Source of the DNA: Nitrosopumilus sp.
Lineage (GTDB): Archaea > Thermoproteota > Nitrososphaeria > Nitrososphaerales > Nitrosopumilaceae
Reading direction: 5' to 3'
Length of the DNA stretch: 64,000 bases
Assembly (NCBI GenBank): GCA_965218695.1
Contig: OZ244651.1
Span: 320,001-384,000 of the forward strand
The translations under genes were made by a program, and so were the position numbers. The notes below the pieces were generated by a model, which worked only from the letters and a program-made list of their open reading frames with translations, was not told the origin of the DNA and ran no database searches. How positions within the stretch are numbered: position 1 is the stretch's first letter; every line of letters starts with the position of its first letter. This document shows, piece by piece, positions 40,680 to 51,732 of the stretch.

Positions 40680-43600
40680 CTGTGTATCATCATCATCGTC
40701 CCCTAAGCTCTGTTGTTGTTCTGCTATTAGTGGACCAAAAAATACTGGCTTTTCACGATCATCAAATGTGACGGATTCGACGGGATACAAAGGAAAGTAT
40801 TCAGTATCTATGTCTTCAAAAATGTTTCCTGAAAGATCCTCTATGGTTCCGGATGTCCGGTTATATGTGATATACGGGTCGACGCTGGATATATCAACAG
40901 GCAGGCTAGCAGTTAGCGTCAACTTGATTTCATCGCCGAAGATTTCGATCTTGGATGCTGGAATTTTGGTACCGTCGTACTCCACTGCAAAGTCCCCAGG
41001 GGCGGCATTCACGTCGACGATATCCTCGAGTAAATACAGGTTAACCACGTTAGTGGGGGACCCGATTGCGATGATGAGTCTGGGCGGAATTATGTCCACT
41101 ACGGTAAACTCGTCAAGGAAGGGCAGAATCTGATTTGGGGTGGTCGCATTATCAGACACGGCGCCGCGTTTGATGCCAAACAACGGGGTGTCCAGATAGT
41201 GGATTTCAGACTGGTGGGGCTGGTCAAACCAGACTGTAATGGATTGGTTGGTTATCGGGTCTTGCTTGGACATGTTATGGGACATGTTAAGGGACACGTA
41301 ATTTACGTAGTCGCGCACATACAGGTCTGCAAGATCCGGCTCGGTTACTGGTTCGGTGAACATGAGCGTCATGTTACCGAATTCCGGGTGGTATACGGCA
41401 GATGTGATTATCGGCGCAACAACGTGTTTCATCTTGTATGCGGCATATTCAACCGACGGCCGGGTGGTATCATTTATGGTAATTGGGATGTCGATGCGGG
41501 TGGTAATTTCATTTTTAGAGTAGTCGCGCACGGCATCCTGGTCGACGTCCAGCTTGGGTGTGGACATTGCGTTGAATTCATCTACCAAGCCCGAGTCTAG
41601 TATGGCATACATCATGGTGCCTGTCTGGTGTATTCGCGGAATGTCGTCAAACGGAATGCCGCCGGTGTGGATACCAGAGTCGCGGATGTGCAGTCCGGAA
41701 TCGTCCTGTATACGTACCGGCTCGTCAAACATGATGCTCAGCATTTCCAGACTGGTATCGTATTCCACCGATTCCACAATCGGCAGGTCCGTGTCGACTT
41801 TGGTGATTGGCCGGTCCGTCGCGACGGCAATAGGATTGCTCGATTCATCAGACACGGCACCGGCATCAATGTCCAGCTGGGGTGTTGTGCCAAGAGCTAC
41901 AAATGCGTCATTTTGGGACTCGTCAAACGTGACACTGAGGGAATTCATACTCCGCTGTCTCTGCGAGACATCACCAAGCGTGATGCCGCCCATATCGCTG
42001 CCGGATCCGCGTATGTGCATCTTTGAATAGTCCGGATTAGGTATGGATTCGTCAAACGTGACAGTTGTCGTGTTCAGAGCTGCATCATACGTGGATGATA
42101 CAAACGCAGGTGGAGTAGTATCGGATACGTTGATGGAAAGGCTGCCTGGCAGTACGGCATTGGCAGACATGTCGTATGCCGCAGCCGTTTCGTATGCCGC
42201 AGACCTGTCTATCCTAAGGTTGTGGTTTTCCATGGTCTCAAAGGCGGTCCTCTGGAGCTGGTCGAGTGTGGCAGTCATGGTATCGGTACCGGCGGTATGT
42301 TGTATTGAGGCGACATCGGCAAGGCTGATGCCCCAGCCGAGGAAATTCAAGTCGATGATGTGCATCTTTGCATAGTTCAGCAGAGATATCGGCTCGCTAA
42401 ACACGACAGTCAGCATGCCGTCACCGGTGGTGTATGTTGCAGAATCAAGTTCCGGGGGAATGGTGTCGGGTATGCTGAGAGTCAGGTTGGCAGCTGGCCG
42501 AATCGTGTTTGAGGCATCGGCAGCATCCGATACCGCACCGGCATCGATGTCCAATTGCGGCGCTGCCATGGATTCTATCGCCTCCTCCTGGGTGTCGGAA
42601 AGCAGGACAGTCATGTTGTTGCGTTCAGTGTGTTGATGATGGGTGATGTTAAACTGAATGCTGCCCACATCGGCGCCAGAATCGTGTATGCGTAGCTTTG
42701 TGTAGTCCGGATTGTCCACGTGCATGCTGAATGTGAGATATACTGTGTCGTCATCTGGGGAGTATTCAGCGTGAACCAGCGCAGGCGGCACGGCATCGTC
42801 TATGATTATCTCCAAGTCCGCAGCAGGCGCTATCTCGTTGTCCGAACCGTCAGACACCGTACCCTGAGGGATGTGCAGCCGCGGGGCGTGCATGCCGTCT
42901 ACAGTACCCACTTGGGACGGATTCAGCGTGGCGTTTACGACGTTGCCCGGTGTGGAGCTGAGATCGGCTGTGCCAAGGGATATGCCGCTGGTATGATTGT
43001 GGTTGACATCATGGATGTACAGTCTCTGAGAGCTGCCGACAGTCACGTTCTCGCTGAACGTGATGGACAGTATATCATCGCCGGTGCTGTAACGTGCAGA
43101 CTCGAAGACCGGCCGGATGGTATCGCTTATCACTATTGGGATGTCGTTTTGGGCTGCTATGCCGTTTCCAGAAAAATCAGACACCGCACCAGAATCCATG
43201 TCCAGCTGGGGTTCAGACATTTCGTCGAATGTTGCCTTCTTGTTACCATCAAGCAAGACAGACACTGTATTGGCGGTATTATGATGTCTGGGGGATATGG
43301 AAGAGAGCGTGATGCCGCCCGTGCTGTTGCCGGTATCTCGTATGTGCATCTTTGTATAATGCAGTGCCGTTACCGGATCGTCAAACGTGATGAACAGCAG
43401 TCTCAGATTGGTATCGTATGTCACCGATTCCACCGACGGCGGCGTAGTCGTGCCGTATGTGTCGATTGTCTGGTCCGGTGCGGCGAGAATCAGATTGCCC
43501 GATTCATCAGACACGGCGCCGGCATCAATGTCCAGTTGTGGCATGTCAAACTCTCCAAATGCGTCATTGTGGGAGCGAAGATTAACAATTATGGTGTTGC

Positions 43601-43754
43601 CGTGATAATGTACATTCGAAGTAGAGATAAGCGTGATGCCGCCCGTGTTGTTGCCGGATTCGCGGAGATGCAGTTTTGAATAATCATCAGGTGTTGATCT
43701 GGACCCCTGTTTTTGGTACCACTTTTTGCATCTTTTTCCGAATAATCCTGCCTC

Positions 43755-44588
43755 TCATTTATTCCCAACCTCCATCTTGCCTACAAACTCATCAGGTGTA
43801 AGATATCCCAGCGCCGAATGGATCCTGTCCTTGTTGTAGTCCTCAAAGGCCTTTGCAAGCACGACCTCGGCATCCTGAAAGCGTGCAAATTCATGCGGCC
43901 AGATGTACTCCCTCTTGAGCGTCCCGTGGAATGACTCCACGTGTCCGTTCTGCTCCGGCGTCTGCTTCCAGATGAACTCGTGTCTTATCCCCAGTGCCTG
44001 CATGGCCTTTTTGAATTCGCGGCTGCTGTACTGGGAACCGTTGTCGGTCCTGAGCCTCAGGTTTGAGATCTCTCCTGCAGACGACACCGCCTTTAGCACC
44101 GATTGCACTGCCGTGTGGGCAGGAGCCGTGGTGTCAAACATGTACGCCACCCACTTTCTGGTGAACACGTCAAGGACGTTGAAACAGTAGCACCATCCAT
44201 CAATCCCGCAGTGGATGTACGTTATGTCAGTCTCCCATAGCTGGTTGGGTGCGGTGGGCTTGAACCTCCTGCGCCTTGAGGCACGAATGATGTCGTTTTT
44301 AGTCTTTTTGGGCTCGATCCAGCCTATTTTGTGATATATTCGCTGTATTCTCTTGCGATTTGTTGGAATGTTTGTCTCCCTGGTGACCTGCGCTGCCATG
44401 CGCCTGGTTCCGTACGTGGGACGCTTGGAGGCTATGGTTCTTACCACGTCAACCACGTCCGGGTCCATGGCCACGTCTCTTGGCTTCTTGGTGTAGTACC
44501 AGGCATGCTTGGACATGCCGCAGTACTGCAGGGCCTTGTTCAGGCTCATACGCTTGCTTACATCACTGATGGCCTGCATCTTCATCAC
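43755..44588 (-). CDS. IS3 transposase OrfB (rve integrase core)
   Basis: YGTRR, PNQLWETDITY, TDNGSQY, PEQNGHVESF, YN..RIHSALGY.TP. Confidence 0.93.
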   Translation of the reverse strand: MMKMQAISDVSKRMSLNKALQYCGMSKHAWYYTKKPRDVAMDPDVVDVVRTIASKRPTYGTRRMAAQVTRETNIPTNRKRIQRIYHKIGWIEPKKTKNDIIRASRRRRFKPTAPNQLWETDITYIHCGIDGWCYCFNVLDVFTRKWVAYMFDTTAPAHTAVQSVLKAVSSAGEISNLRLRTDNGSQYSSREFKKAMQALGIRHEFIWKQTPEQNGHVESFHGTLKREYIWPHEFARFQDAEVVLAKAFEDYNKDRIHSALGYLTPDEFVGKMEVGNK

Positions 44589-44863
44589 TTTGTTCCCTCC
44601 AAAGTTTTTTTTAAAATATCGTTGGCTACGGTGATCTCACCGATTATGCGCTTGAGGTTTTCCACCTCTGCCAAATGGTTTTTGGCCGCATCTCCCCTGT
44701 TTATGAGAGCATGTTTGCCTCCCTGCAGGAACTTGCCCTTCCAGTCCTGAAAGGTTGCAGGAGATATGTTGTGCTTTCGGCACAGCTCGGCAGCCGGCAC
44801 ATTGGTGGTAAAAAATTCCATCACTATCATGACCTTGTCTTGTGGACTTCGCCTCTTGCTCAT
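44585..44863 (-). CDS. IS3 transposase OrfA (HTH plus coiled coil)
   Basis: ELCRKHNIS..TF..WK..F; ENLKRIIGE...NDILKK; A8 slippery run at 44605-44612. Confidence 0.9.
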   Translation of the reverse strand: MSKRRSPQDKVMIVMEFFTTNVPAAELCRKHNISPATFQDWKGKFLQGGKHALINRGDAAKNHLAEVENLKRIIGEITVANDILKKTLEGTK

Positions 44864-45474
44864 GCCCTTCCCTCGACCCCCTGCTCCAAAAAACATTCGG
44901 ATTTGATCGGTCTCATTCTAGCGGGGTCCGGCCCAGTGTGACGATCCTTTCGTCAAACGTGATGCGTACCTGGCGATCAGTTGCATTGTATATAGCAGAT
45001 ACAAACTCGGGAGGCGTGGTGTCATGTATGGTAATGATGTGTCTTCCTTCCAGAATCGGGGTGTCAATCCGGCCGTGTACGGCGGCATGATCCACTGCCA
45101 GCCTGGGAAGGAGCATGGTCTCAAAGGTCGTCTTCTGGTTGAAATCAAACGTTGCAGTTATGGTGTTGGTGTTGGTATCGTACTGTTTGACGGACACGTC
45201 TGCAAGTGTAATGCTGATGTCACCACCACGTATGTGTATCTTTGAATAGTCGATCATGGTTACCGGCTCGCTGAACTCTATGACGATCACACCGTCATTG
45301 GTGGTATACGTGGTAGAACTTGGCGCCGGCGGGAGCAGGCCGTATGCGGTGCCATATCCGGCAAGCAATACAGACACTGCCAAGACGGGCAGCAGGATCC
45401 AAGATCTGTTCAACAACTATGTTGTAGACATACAATATAGCACAAACAGCAACAATCCGTGTTTACCAACAAGC

Positions 45475-47621
45475 GTAAGAGGTCGCCTTTGCGAAGCGAT
45501 TCCGTGCCTGATCTGTTCCGATTAATTACCAACTGAGCTACGTTTTTGACCATAAATACCCGATTAATTGCACGTTATCAACACGGTCCTCAGGCAGGGC
45601 GGTTTTCGGATCAAGGCTCTTCCGGTTGGATCTTTTGCGCCGCATTTTCCGGCAGGCGCTGCGTGCCCAAAAGCTTTATGGATCATGCCTTCCCGTGTTA
45701 TGGCGTGGTGCCTGTAATCGACTTGGAAAAGATTGACTGGAACTCCGTAACCGACACCAAGTCCCTCTTCGAATCCGTCTTGGACATGCTCAAATCCAAG
45801 GACGAGGAGAGCATGGCACTGAGAAAAGACATCGAGCAGCTGAAGGAGGAGGCAGAGGCCTTCTCAGGGGAACACGCGATGCTGACGGAGATGGATGCCA
45901 GGATCAAACTGCTGGAAGAAGAGAATGTGCAAAAGGACTCCGAGATAGAGAAACTGAGGGCAGAGAATGCCGCCCTCCTGCAGGGATGCGACGTCTCGCA
46001 GGCAGTCATGGACAGGATAGCCCGCCTGGAACGGCAGGCATCAGAGCATGCCTCTCAGTTAAGGGAGGCGCGCGCGGCCAACTCGGCGCTGGCAGCCGAG
46101 AATCTGGGCATCAAAAGCCGCCGCTCCCAGAAGCGGCTCCGGGAATCACCCGGGCCTGCGCCGGACCCGTTCAGGAAGGTCGTCTGCCTGCGCACCGGCC
46201 GTGATCCTCCCCCGATATCCGAAAAAAAGCTAGTCGACATGCCCGCCTGCCCGCACGGCCATGCCCTCTCGAAGGAGCCCACCGAGGTGACCATCCGGGT
46301 AGTCGAGGAGATCATCGACGGGAAGCTGACCGGCATCCAGTATACCGTCGTCCGCAGGTACTGCGGGGAATGCGGCAGGCAGTTTGCCCCCGAGATCCCA
46401 GGGGTCGTCCCAGGGGGGCGGTTCGGCGCCAGCCTGACGTGCCTTGAGACGACGATGAGGATGTACAACATTCCCTACGAACCCATCCGCAAGCTGATCA
46501 ACATAATCTACCACGCAGGCCTTGCCAAGTCGACAGTCATCAGCCACGTGGATGCCGTTACGGGATCCCTCCACCCGCTCTACGAGGAGATGCTCGAGGA
46601 TATATTCTTCTCAGGGCATGTCTTTGGCGACGAGACCAGCTGGAGGGTAGCCGGGATACTGTACTGGCTGTGGATACTAGTCGGTGACAACTCGACTGTC
46701 TTTTACGTGGACAAGAGCCGGGGAGGAGACGTGCTGGAGACCCTGCTTGGAGGGTACGGCGGCCACGTCACCTCTGATTCACACGCTGCGTGGAACCGCA
46801 TCGGCAGGACCCACCAAAAGTGCCACTACCACTACCTCCGCGAGATCCTCCGCACCCTGACCATGAAGAACCCCGGGCCCGAATTCAAAAAGTTCGCCAA
46901 GGCCCTGAAGGGGATAATCACCGATTCCTGGTTCCCGGAGAAGGGACTCGACCCGGACGACGACGAGGCCACGCGAAACCTCAAGGTGCGCAACCTATTG
47001 GCCAGGGTGAGGCGCCTGATCTCCGGCGAGTATACAGACGCCCACTGCAAGCGGTTTGTCAAGCGGCTGCGGCGCGAGATCACCCACCTGTTCCCATTCA
47101 TCCGCCTCAACACAAAGTGCCATAACAACGATGCCGAGCGCCCCCTGCGGCCCAGCGTCGCATCCCGGAAGGTCTCAGGCGGCAGCAAGAGCCTTGCCGG
47201 CGCATACAACCACGCCGTCCTGGCCACCGTCCGCGAGACGTGCAGGAGGCGCGGAGTCAACCCGCATGACTTTTTGGTTGACTATATGCACGGTCTTGTC
47301 GAAAAAATTCCGACAGGAGCAGCAGCAACTGCATAAATCCTGCAAAATCCACTCCCTGACTGTTCCATGCAGACCCGTCGCGCCGGCAGCCTGGCATAAC
47401 CTCGCCTGATCCCGGCACAATTCACCGCCCGGCCGCTTCAAAAAAGGCCACTTCGCAAACCCGATCACCGGATCGGCCAAAACGTAGCTCAGTCTGACCC
47501 TCCCGGAAAAAACCTGAAATAATGCCAATTAAATGGGCATTTACGGCCGAAAACGTAGCTCAGTTGGTAATTAATCGGGGCAGATCAGGCACGGAATCGC
47601 TTCGCAAAGGCGACCTCTTAC
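45475..47621 (+). mobile_element. IS66-family (single-ORF, ISBst12-like) element, copy A, with ~72-bp TIRs and no matching target duplication
   Basis: GTAAGAGGTCGCCTTTGCGAAGCGATTCCGTGCCTGATCTG..CCGATTAATTACCAACTGAGCTACGTTTT at both ends (2 mismatches); flanks CAACAAGC vs CCTGTATG. Confidence 0.92.
45705..47336 (+). CDS. IS66-family transposase
   Basis: Coiled coil, CPHGH..CGECG zinc finger, DETSW, SDSH, QKCHYH, NNDAERPLR; start approximate. Confidence 0.92.
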   Translation: MVPVIDLEKIDWNSVTDTKSLFESVLDMLKSKDEESMALRKDIEQLKEEAEAFSGEHAMLTEMDARIKLLEEENVQKDSEIEKLRAENAALLQGCDVSQAVMDRIARLERQASEHASQLREARAANSALAAENLGIKSRRSQKRLRESPGPAPDPFRKVVCLRTGRDPPPISEKKLVDMPACPHGHALSKEPTEVTIRVVEEIIDGKLTGIQYTVVRRYCGECGRQFAPEIPGVVPGGRFGASLTCLETTMRMYNIPYEPIRKLINIIYHAGLAKSTVISHVDAVTGSLHPLYEEMLEDIFFSGHVFGDETSWRVAGILYWLWILVGDNSTVFYVDKSRGGDVLETLLGGYGGHVTSDSHAAWNRIGRTHQKCHYHYLREILRTLTMKNPGPEFKKFAKALKGIITDSWFPEKGLDPDDDEATRNLKVRNLLARVRRLISGEYTDAHCKRFVKRLRREITHLFPFIRLNTKCHNNDAERPLRPSVASRKVSGGSKSLAGAYNHAVLATVRETCRRRGVNPHDFLVDYMHGLVEKIPTGAAATA

Positions 47622-50016
47622 CCTGTATGTCACCGATCTTCCCCATCAGCCTGCCTACCAATACGAGTAGCTCGTCAAGCTCCCTGTCCGGAAAGCACTC
47701 CCTAGAGTGCACCGTATCGTACACGCTAGTAAGCCTGTCCACCCTGCCGATTCTCTGCACCAACCTCATGGGGTTCCACGGCAGGTCGTAATTGACCACA
47801 TAGTTGCAGTCCTGCAGGTTCTGCCCCTCAGACATCACCTCTGTCGAGACCAGTATGTCGATCTCTTCGTCCGGTCTTTCTTCCTCTTCTGACAAGTTAG
47901 CGGTAGGCGAAAACGCCTTTATGATCTTGGGACGGTCAGATTTCCTTACGCTGCCCGTGATCAGGCCGACCCTACTCCCCTCGAACTTGCCCTGTAGGTA
48001 TTTTTGCACGTACTTGGCAGTGGCCGTATACTCCGTGAACACTAACACCTTCCTGCTACCTGACTCTAGAGCCCCGTCCTCCCGGATCGTCTCGGCCACG
48101 ACTGCCGCCTTCTTGTCGTCTCCTCGTATGGCATTCAGGGCATCCAGATATTTTTTCAGATGAGCCAAGTCGGACTTTATGTCTCCCTTCATGCGTCCCA
48201 CGTCGTACTTGCTTGCGTCTTGCTGGGGCAGTCGCGTTATCTCATCCATGAACTCCTCATCTCTTGGCTCGCCCTCATCACCATCGCCTTCCATGTCCTT
48301 GGCGTTCCACCTTAGCATGATGCGGTTCAGCTCTTTTGGCGCCACGATGCGGTTCTCATCCAAGAGTCTGCCAAAATACTTGAACAGTCTGATCTTGTTT
48401 TCTAGGCTGGCCGTTATGGCACCAATGCTGCTCTCGAACCTCTTTAGGAGCAGTATGGTCTGGAGATGCGCCAGCACCTTGTACCTTTGCTTCTCCTCGT
48501 CGGTGAGGGTGGTGTTGTACATCTCCACCCCGTATGGTGTCATGTGGAGGGAGTTTATCGTGTCAAGCAGGTCTTGGTATATGTTGCCGAAGCGTTCTGT
48601 CATGCTGTACCGGATCGGCCTGTAGTTCCTTTCAGGAAACGTGATGGGTTTTCCACCAAGTGCCACATCCGGGTACACTTCCCTGATGAACGTCCTTGTC
48701 CGCCTCACCATAATGGCCTCGAGAAGCAGTTGGACTTTCTCCAGTCCCTCGTCGATCTTGTGGTTTGCTGCCCTTCTCATGTAATCGTACAGGTCTGGTA
48801 TCCCAATGTCGGCAAAATGATCGTCCTTCTCGCCGGTGATTATGGATACCTGATAGTAGAGATCCATGAGGGAGTTGTTGATCGGCGTGGCCGTCATCAA
48901 CAGGACCTGCTTCCTAGGCCCCAGACTGAGCAATTTCATCAGGTTATGCCGCCTGCCGGTGATGCGTGAGCGGAAGTTTTGGCTTTCGTCTATCACTGCA
49001 AAGTCGTACTTTTTGTACTTGAATACGTCAAAGTCTCTCCTGCCGGGCTCCTCAACGCCTATGGTTTTTGCCCTGATCTGTGCCTCATCGAGCTTGTCCT
49101 CCCAGACCGTGTCCCTTACCTGTGCCGGGGCTATCAGAAGTATCTTCCTGTTCTCGGCCATCTTTTTGCGCATAACCTCCAAGCCTATGTGCGTCTTGCC
49201 CAACCCGGTAGAGTCGGCAAGCATCGCCCCGCCGTGCTCGTCCATTGTCTGGAGCAGCACGGATACGGCGTCCTGCTGGAACTTGGGCAGATCGGCAGAT
49301 ATGTGGCCTTCCTCATCACCCATCGCCGTCAGCGCCCTCCTGTACTTTTCAAAGAGCATCTTCAGGTACACCTCGTGCGGCGATGCGGGCATGCCGAACT
49401 TGGACTGCTCCAGCACCTGAAGCATATCCTCCTTGGCGTCCCTTGCACCATCCCACATCCTCTCGTACCAGTCGCGTATCTTCTTCCAAGTTGATGTAAC
49501 AAAGATGCCCGCGTTCAGCTCGTCATTTTTAGATAGGCCCGCCTCCGTAAAGTTGCTGGAGCCTATGATGGCACCCTCCTGGCCCAGTATGTAACACTTT
49601 GCGTGGTTGAACCTGGATCTTCCCAAGCGCACCTGCACGTTATCACGCCTCAGCAGCTTGATCAGTCCAGTGACGTCGTCCATACGATCCGTGTCAAGCT
49701 CCTCCCCACCTAAGCCCGATTCCAAGGTCTCAGGAAGCGTGTTGGCGTATTTGGTATACTCTTCAAACGCGTCAAAGGACGGGGGCCTCAGGGCGTCCTT
49801 GCCAACTAGCAGCCTGAACCTGAACGAATCATTTGATGCTGCCCTCTCAAGTGCCTCTCGCACGGCCCCGTATCCGTTGACCTCAAAGTACCCGGTGGAG
49901 ACGTCAAGGAAGTTTATCCTGTCCAGATTCATGTTGATGACGCTTGCCATGTCATGTTTCCTGTTGTCAATGATGTCCGGCTCGGCCTTTTCCTTGTCAA
50001 AATTAGGCATAGTCAT
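47622..50016 (-). pseudogene. PLD-nuclease/SNF2-type helicase fusion, C-terminally truncated by IS66 copy A
   Basis: HAK..GSSN.T..GL..N.ELN (PLD), LADSTGLGKT, DESQN, TATPINN, SEGQNLQ, YDLPWNPMRLVQRIGRVDR; reading frame runs into the IS TIR at 47621. Confidence 0.88.
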
Positions 50017-50485
50017 GGCGATCCTCCAGCGATCTTGTCATAGCATGTGGGGGCCAGTTTGCGAACCTCGCCGTAGAACTGTCGCAGGACCTTGTTGTCA
50101 TTAAAGTCGGCCGACTTAGCCGTTAGAAGGTCGGAGTTTTCAAGGAATTTGAAGGACTTTAGGATTGTTTCGTATTCTTTTTTTGTCAGTCCGTACGCGT
50201 GGGCGACCAGCGCGTCCAGTTTGGCAGTTGTACGGATACGTTCAGAGGGAGTCAGGAAGACATTCTCCATTCTCAGAGACTCGGCAAACCCCTCGAATTC
50301 ATCAGGACCCAAGACAAGTTTGGCAGACAGTTGCACCACATCATCGTAATGCTGCCTGTTTGGAATTGAGACTGTCTTGATGACCGTCGACACATGCATC
50401 TGAACCTTCGAGCGGGATACAAAATCAAACGGCATGGAGTTGAGGATACCGCACAGGTACGCTATTTGTTTGTTGTAGTCATCGC

Positions 50486-51732
50486 CAGCTAAGCGAAAAG
50501 TGCCTCATCTGAGATCAGGTAGGCGGTTTGGACTGGCGTATGAGGAGTGATTCCAACTGCACCTTGAACGTGAGCATGGTCATGACACTCTGCCTTTCGG
50601 TACCGTCAGAAAGCATTGCCCTGACGATTATCCATTCATTGTACAATGTTAGGGAATAGTAAAAACACAACATCCGCGATTCCATGTCCGAAATCCGCGT
50701 CTTGGCCCTGCACTCCTCGATTTTACCGTACCCGGTCTCTATTCCCCATCTTTTGGCATAAGCCTCCGTCTTGATTGTGGGGTGGTTTGTTGCAAACCCG
50801 ATGTATTTCTCTTCCGGGACATCAGGGTCTTTGGCGTTTTTTCTTTCAGTTATTATCATGGAATATTCGACGGAGCCCTGGTTGTTCTCAATCACGTTTG
50901 TTGAGATCCTTTCCCTCTTTCCTTGTGCAAAATCCTGCAGGGCTTCCACCACGTTGGGCGTGTTCCTGCACGGCATCAGGTACCTTACGCCGTTTGCCCG
51001 CAGCCTGCTTATCGTGTCGACTGAGAAGAATTCCCGGTCAAGCAGCGCCAGGCGGATCCTGATGCCCATCCCTGCCATGGTCTTGAGGACTGCATCCACG
51101 TAATCAGGCACGAATTCGAGCCTTTTGAGGTATGATGCTGCAAGGACCATGCGCATCTTGTCGTTTACGCACTGGACTGTCATGTAACGCTCAAAATACG
51201 TGGTTCCGTTTTTGTATTTGGAACGGGTCAGCTCCCCTCCGGGTGCCCGGTCATAACGCGGTATGAGGTGCATGTCGATTGCGATGTCCAGTCCTTCTTT
51301 TGGGAATTTGCCCAGTTTTTTGAATGTGTCAAGTTGCACTGCCACCATTTCTTCGAATGCGCGCTGAACCGTGCCCTGCTCCATCCCCTTGATTGCCGAT
51401 GCATGCCACCTGTCGGAGGGAGCGTCGCAGTGCGTGCGCTTTACCGCGTTTGCGCACCCGCCTACGGACGAATCCATGGTGGCTCCCCTCAGCATGCCGT
51501 GATTTAGATCGTCTGTTCCAAATACCGCATTGTACCTGTTTGACGTGTTGGCGCAGGCAAGCATGTTTTTCATGCCGCTTGCGACATCTTGATATATTCT
51601 TGGATTGTTCAGTAGATCGCGGCCCTGCTTGGTTTTTTGTCTAGACAACAAAAACCATAGGGCCGTACCCTTATTGATCTGCTTGCATTCTTGTCAGATT
51701 TTGCCTAGATCAAAGCACATTTCGCTTAGCTG
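50486..51732 (-). mobile_element. ISH3/IS4-like element, 1247 bp, flanked by 6-bp direct repeat CATCGC
   Basis: TIRs CAGCTAAGCGAAA.GTGC at both ends; CATCGC at 50480-50485 and 51733-51738. Confidence 0.92.
50515..51651 (-). CDS. ISH3/IS4-like DDE transposase
   Basis: IAIDMH.IPRY, LLDREF, FATN, YAKRWGIETGY, LYNEW. Confidence 0.92.
   Translation of the reverse strand: MLSRQKTKQGRDLLNNPRIYQDVASGMKNMLACANTSNRYNAVFGTDDLNHGMLRGATMDSSVGGCANAVKRTHCDAPSDRWHASAIKGMEQGTVQRAFEEMVAVQLDTFKKLGKFPKEGLDIAIDMHLIPRYDRAPGGELTRSKYKNGTTYFERYMTVQCVNDKMRMVLAASYLKRLEFVPDYVDAVLKTMAGMGIRIRLALLDREFFSVDTISRLRANGVRYLMPCRNTPNVVEALQDFAQGKRERISTNVIENNQGSVEYSMIITERKNAKDPDVPEEKYIGFATNHPTIKTEAYAKRWGIETGYGKIEECRAKTRISDMESRMLCFYYSLTLYNEWIIVRAMLSDGTERQSVMTMLTFKVQLESLLIRQSKPPT

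Larger units (their letters stand above)
43695..44935 (-). mobile_element. IS3-family element, 1241 bp, 4-bp target duplication GTGT
   Basis: TG...CA ends with imperfect IRs (TGATCTGGACCCC / TGGGCCGGACCCC); GTGT at 43691-43694 and 44936-44939. Confidence 0.93.
39711..45416 (-). pseudogene. Large repeat-containing surface protein (~1486 aa reconstructed) interrupted by an IS3
   Basis: Signal-peptide half at 44936-45416 joins the 39711-43690 half in frame after removing the IS and one GTGT copy (FDERIVT|PDDYSKLHLRESGNNTGGITL); ~110-aa DTTPP..TFDE..YSKMHI..GGITL..LDIDAGAVSD repeats; C-terminal IPSWVK..ITVNEF..YL motif. Confidence 0.88.

Noticed and set aside
47560-47621. Last 20 aa of the helicase ORF in the track
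   Set aside because: Read-through into the IS66 terminal repeat, not native sequence
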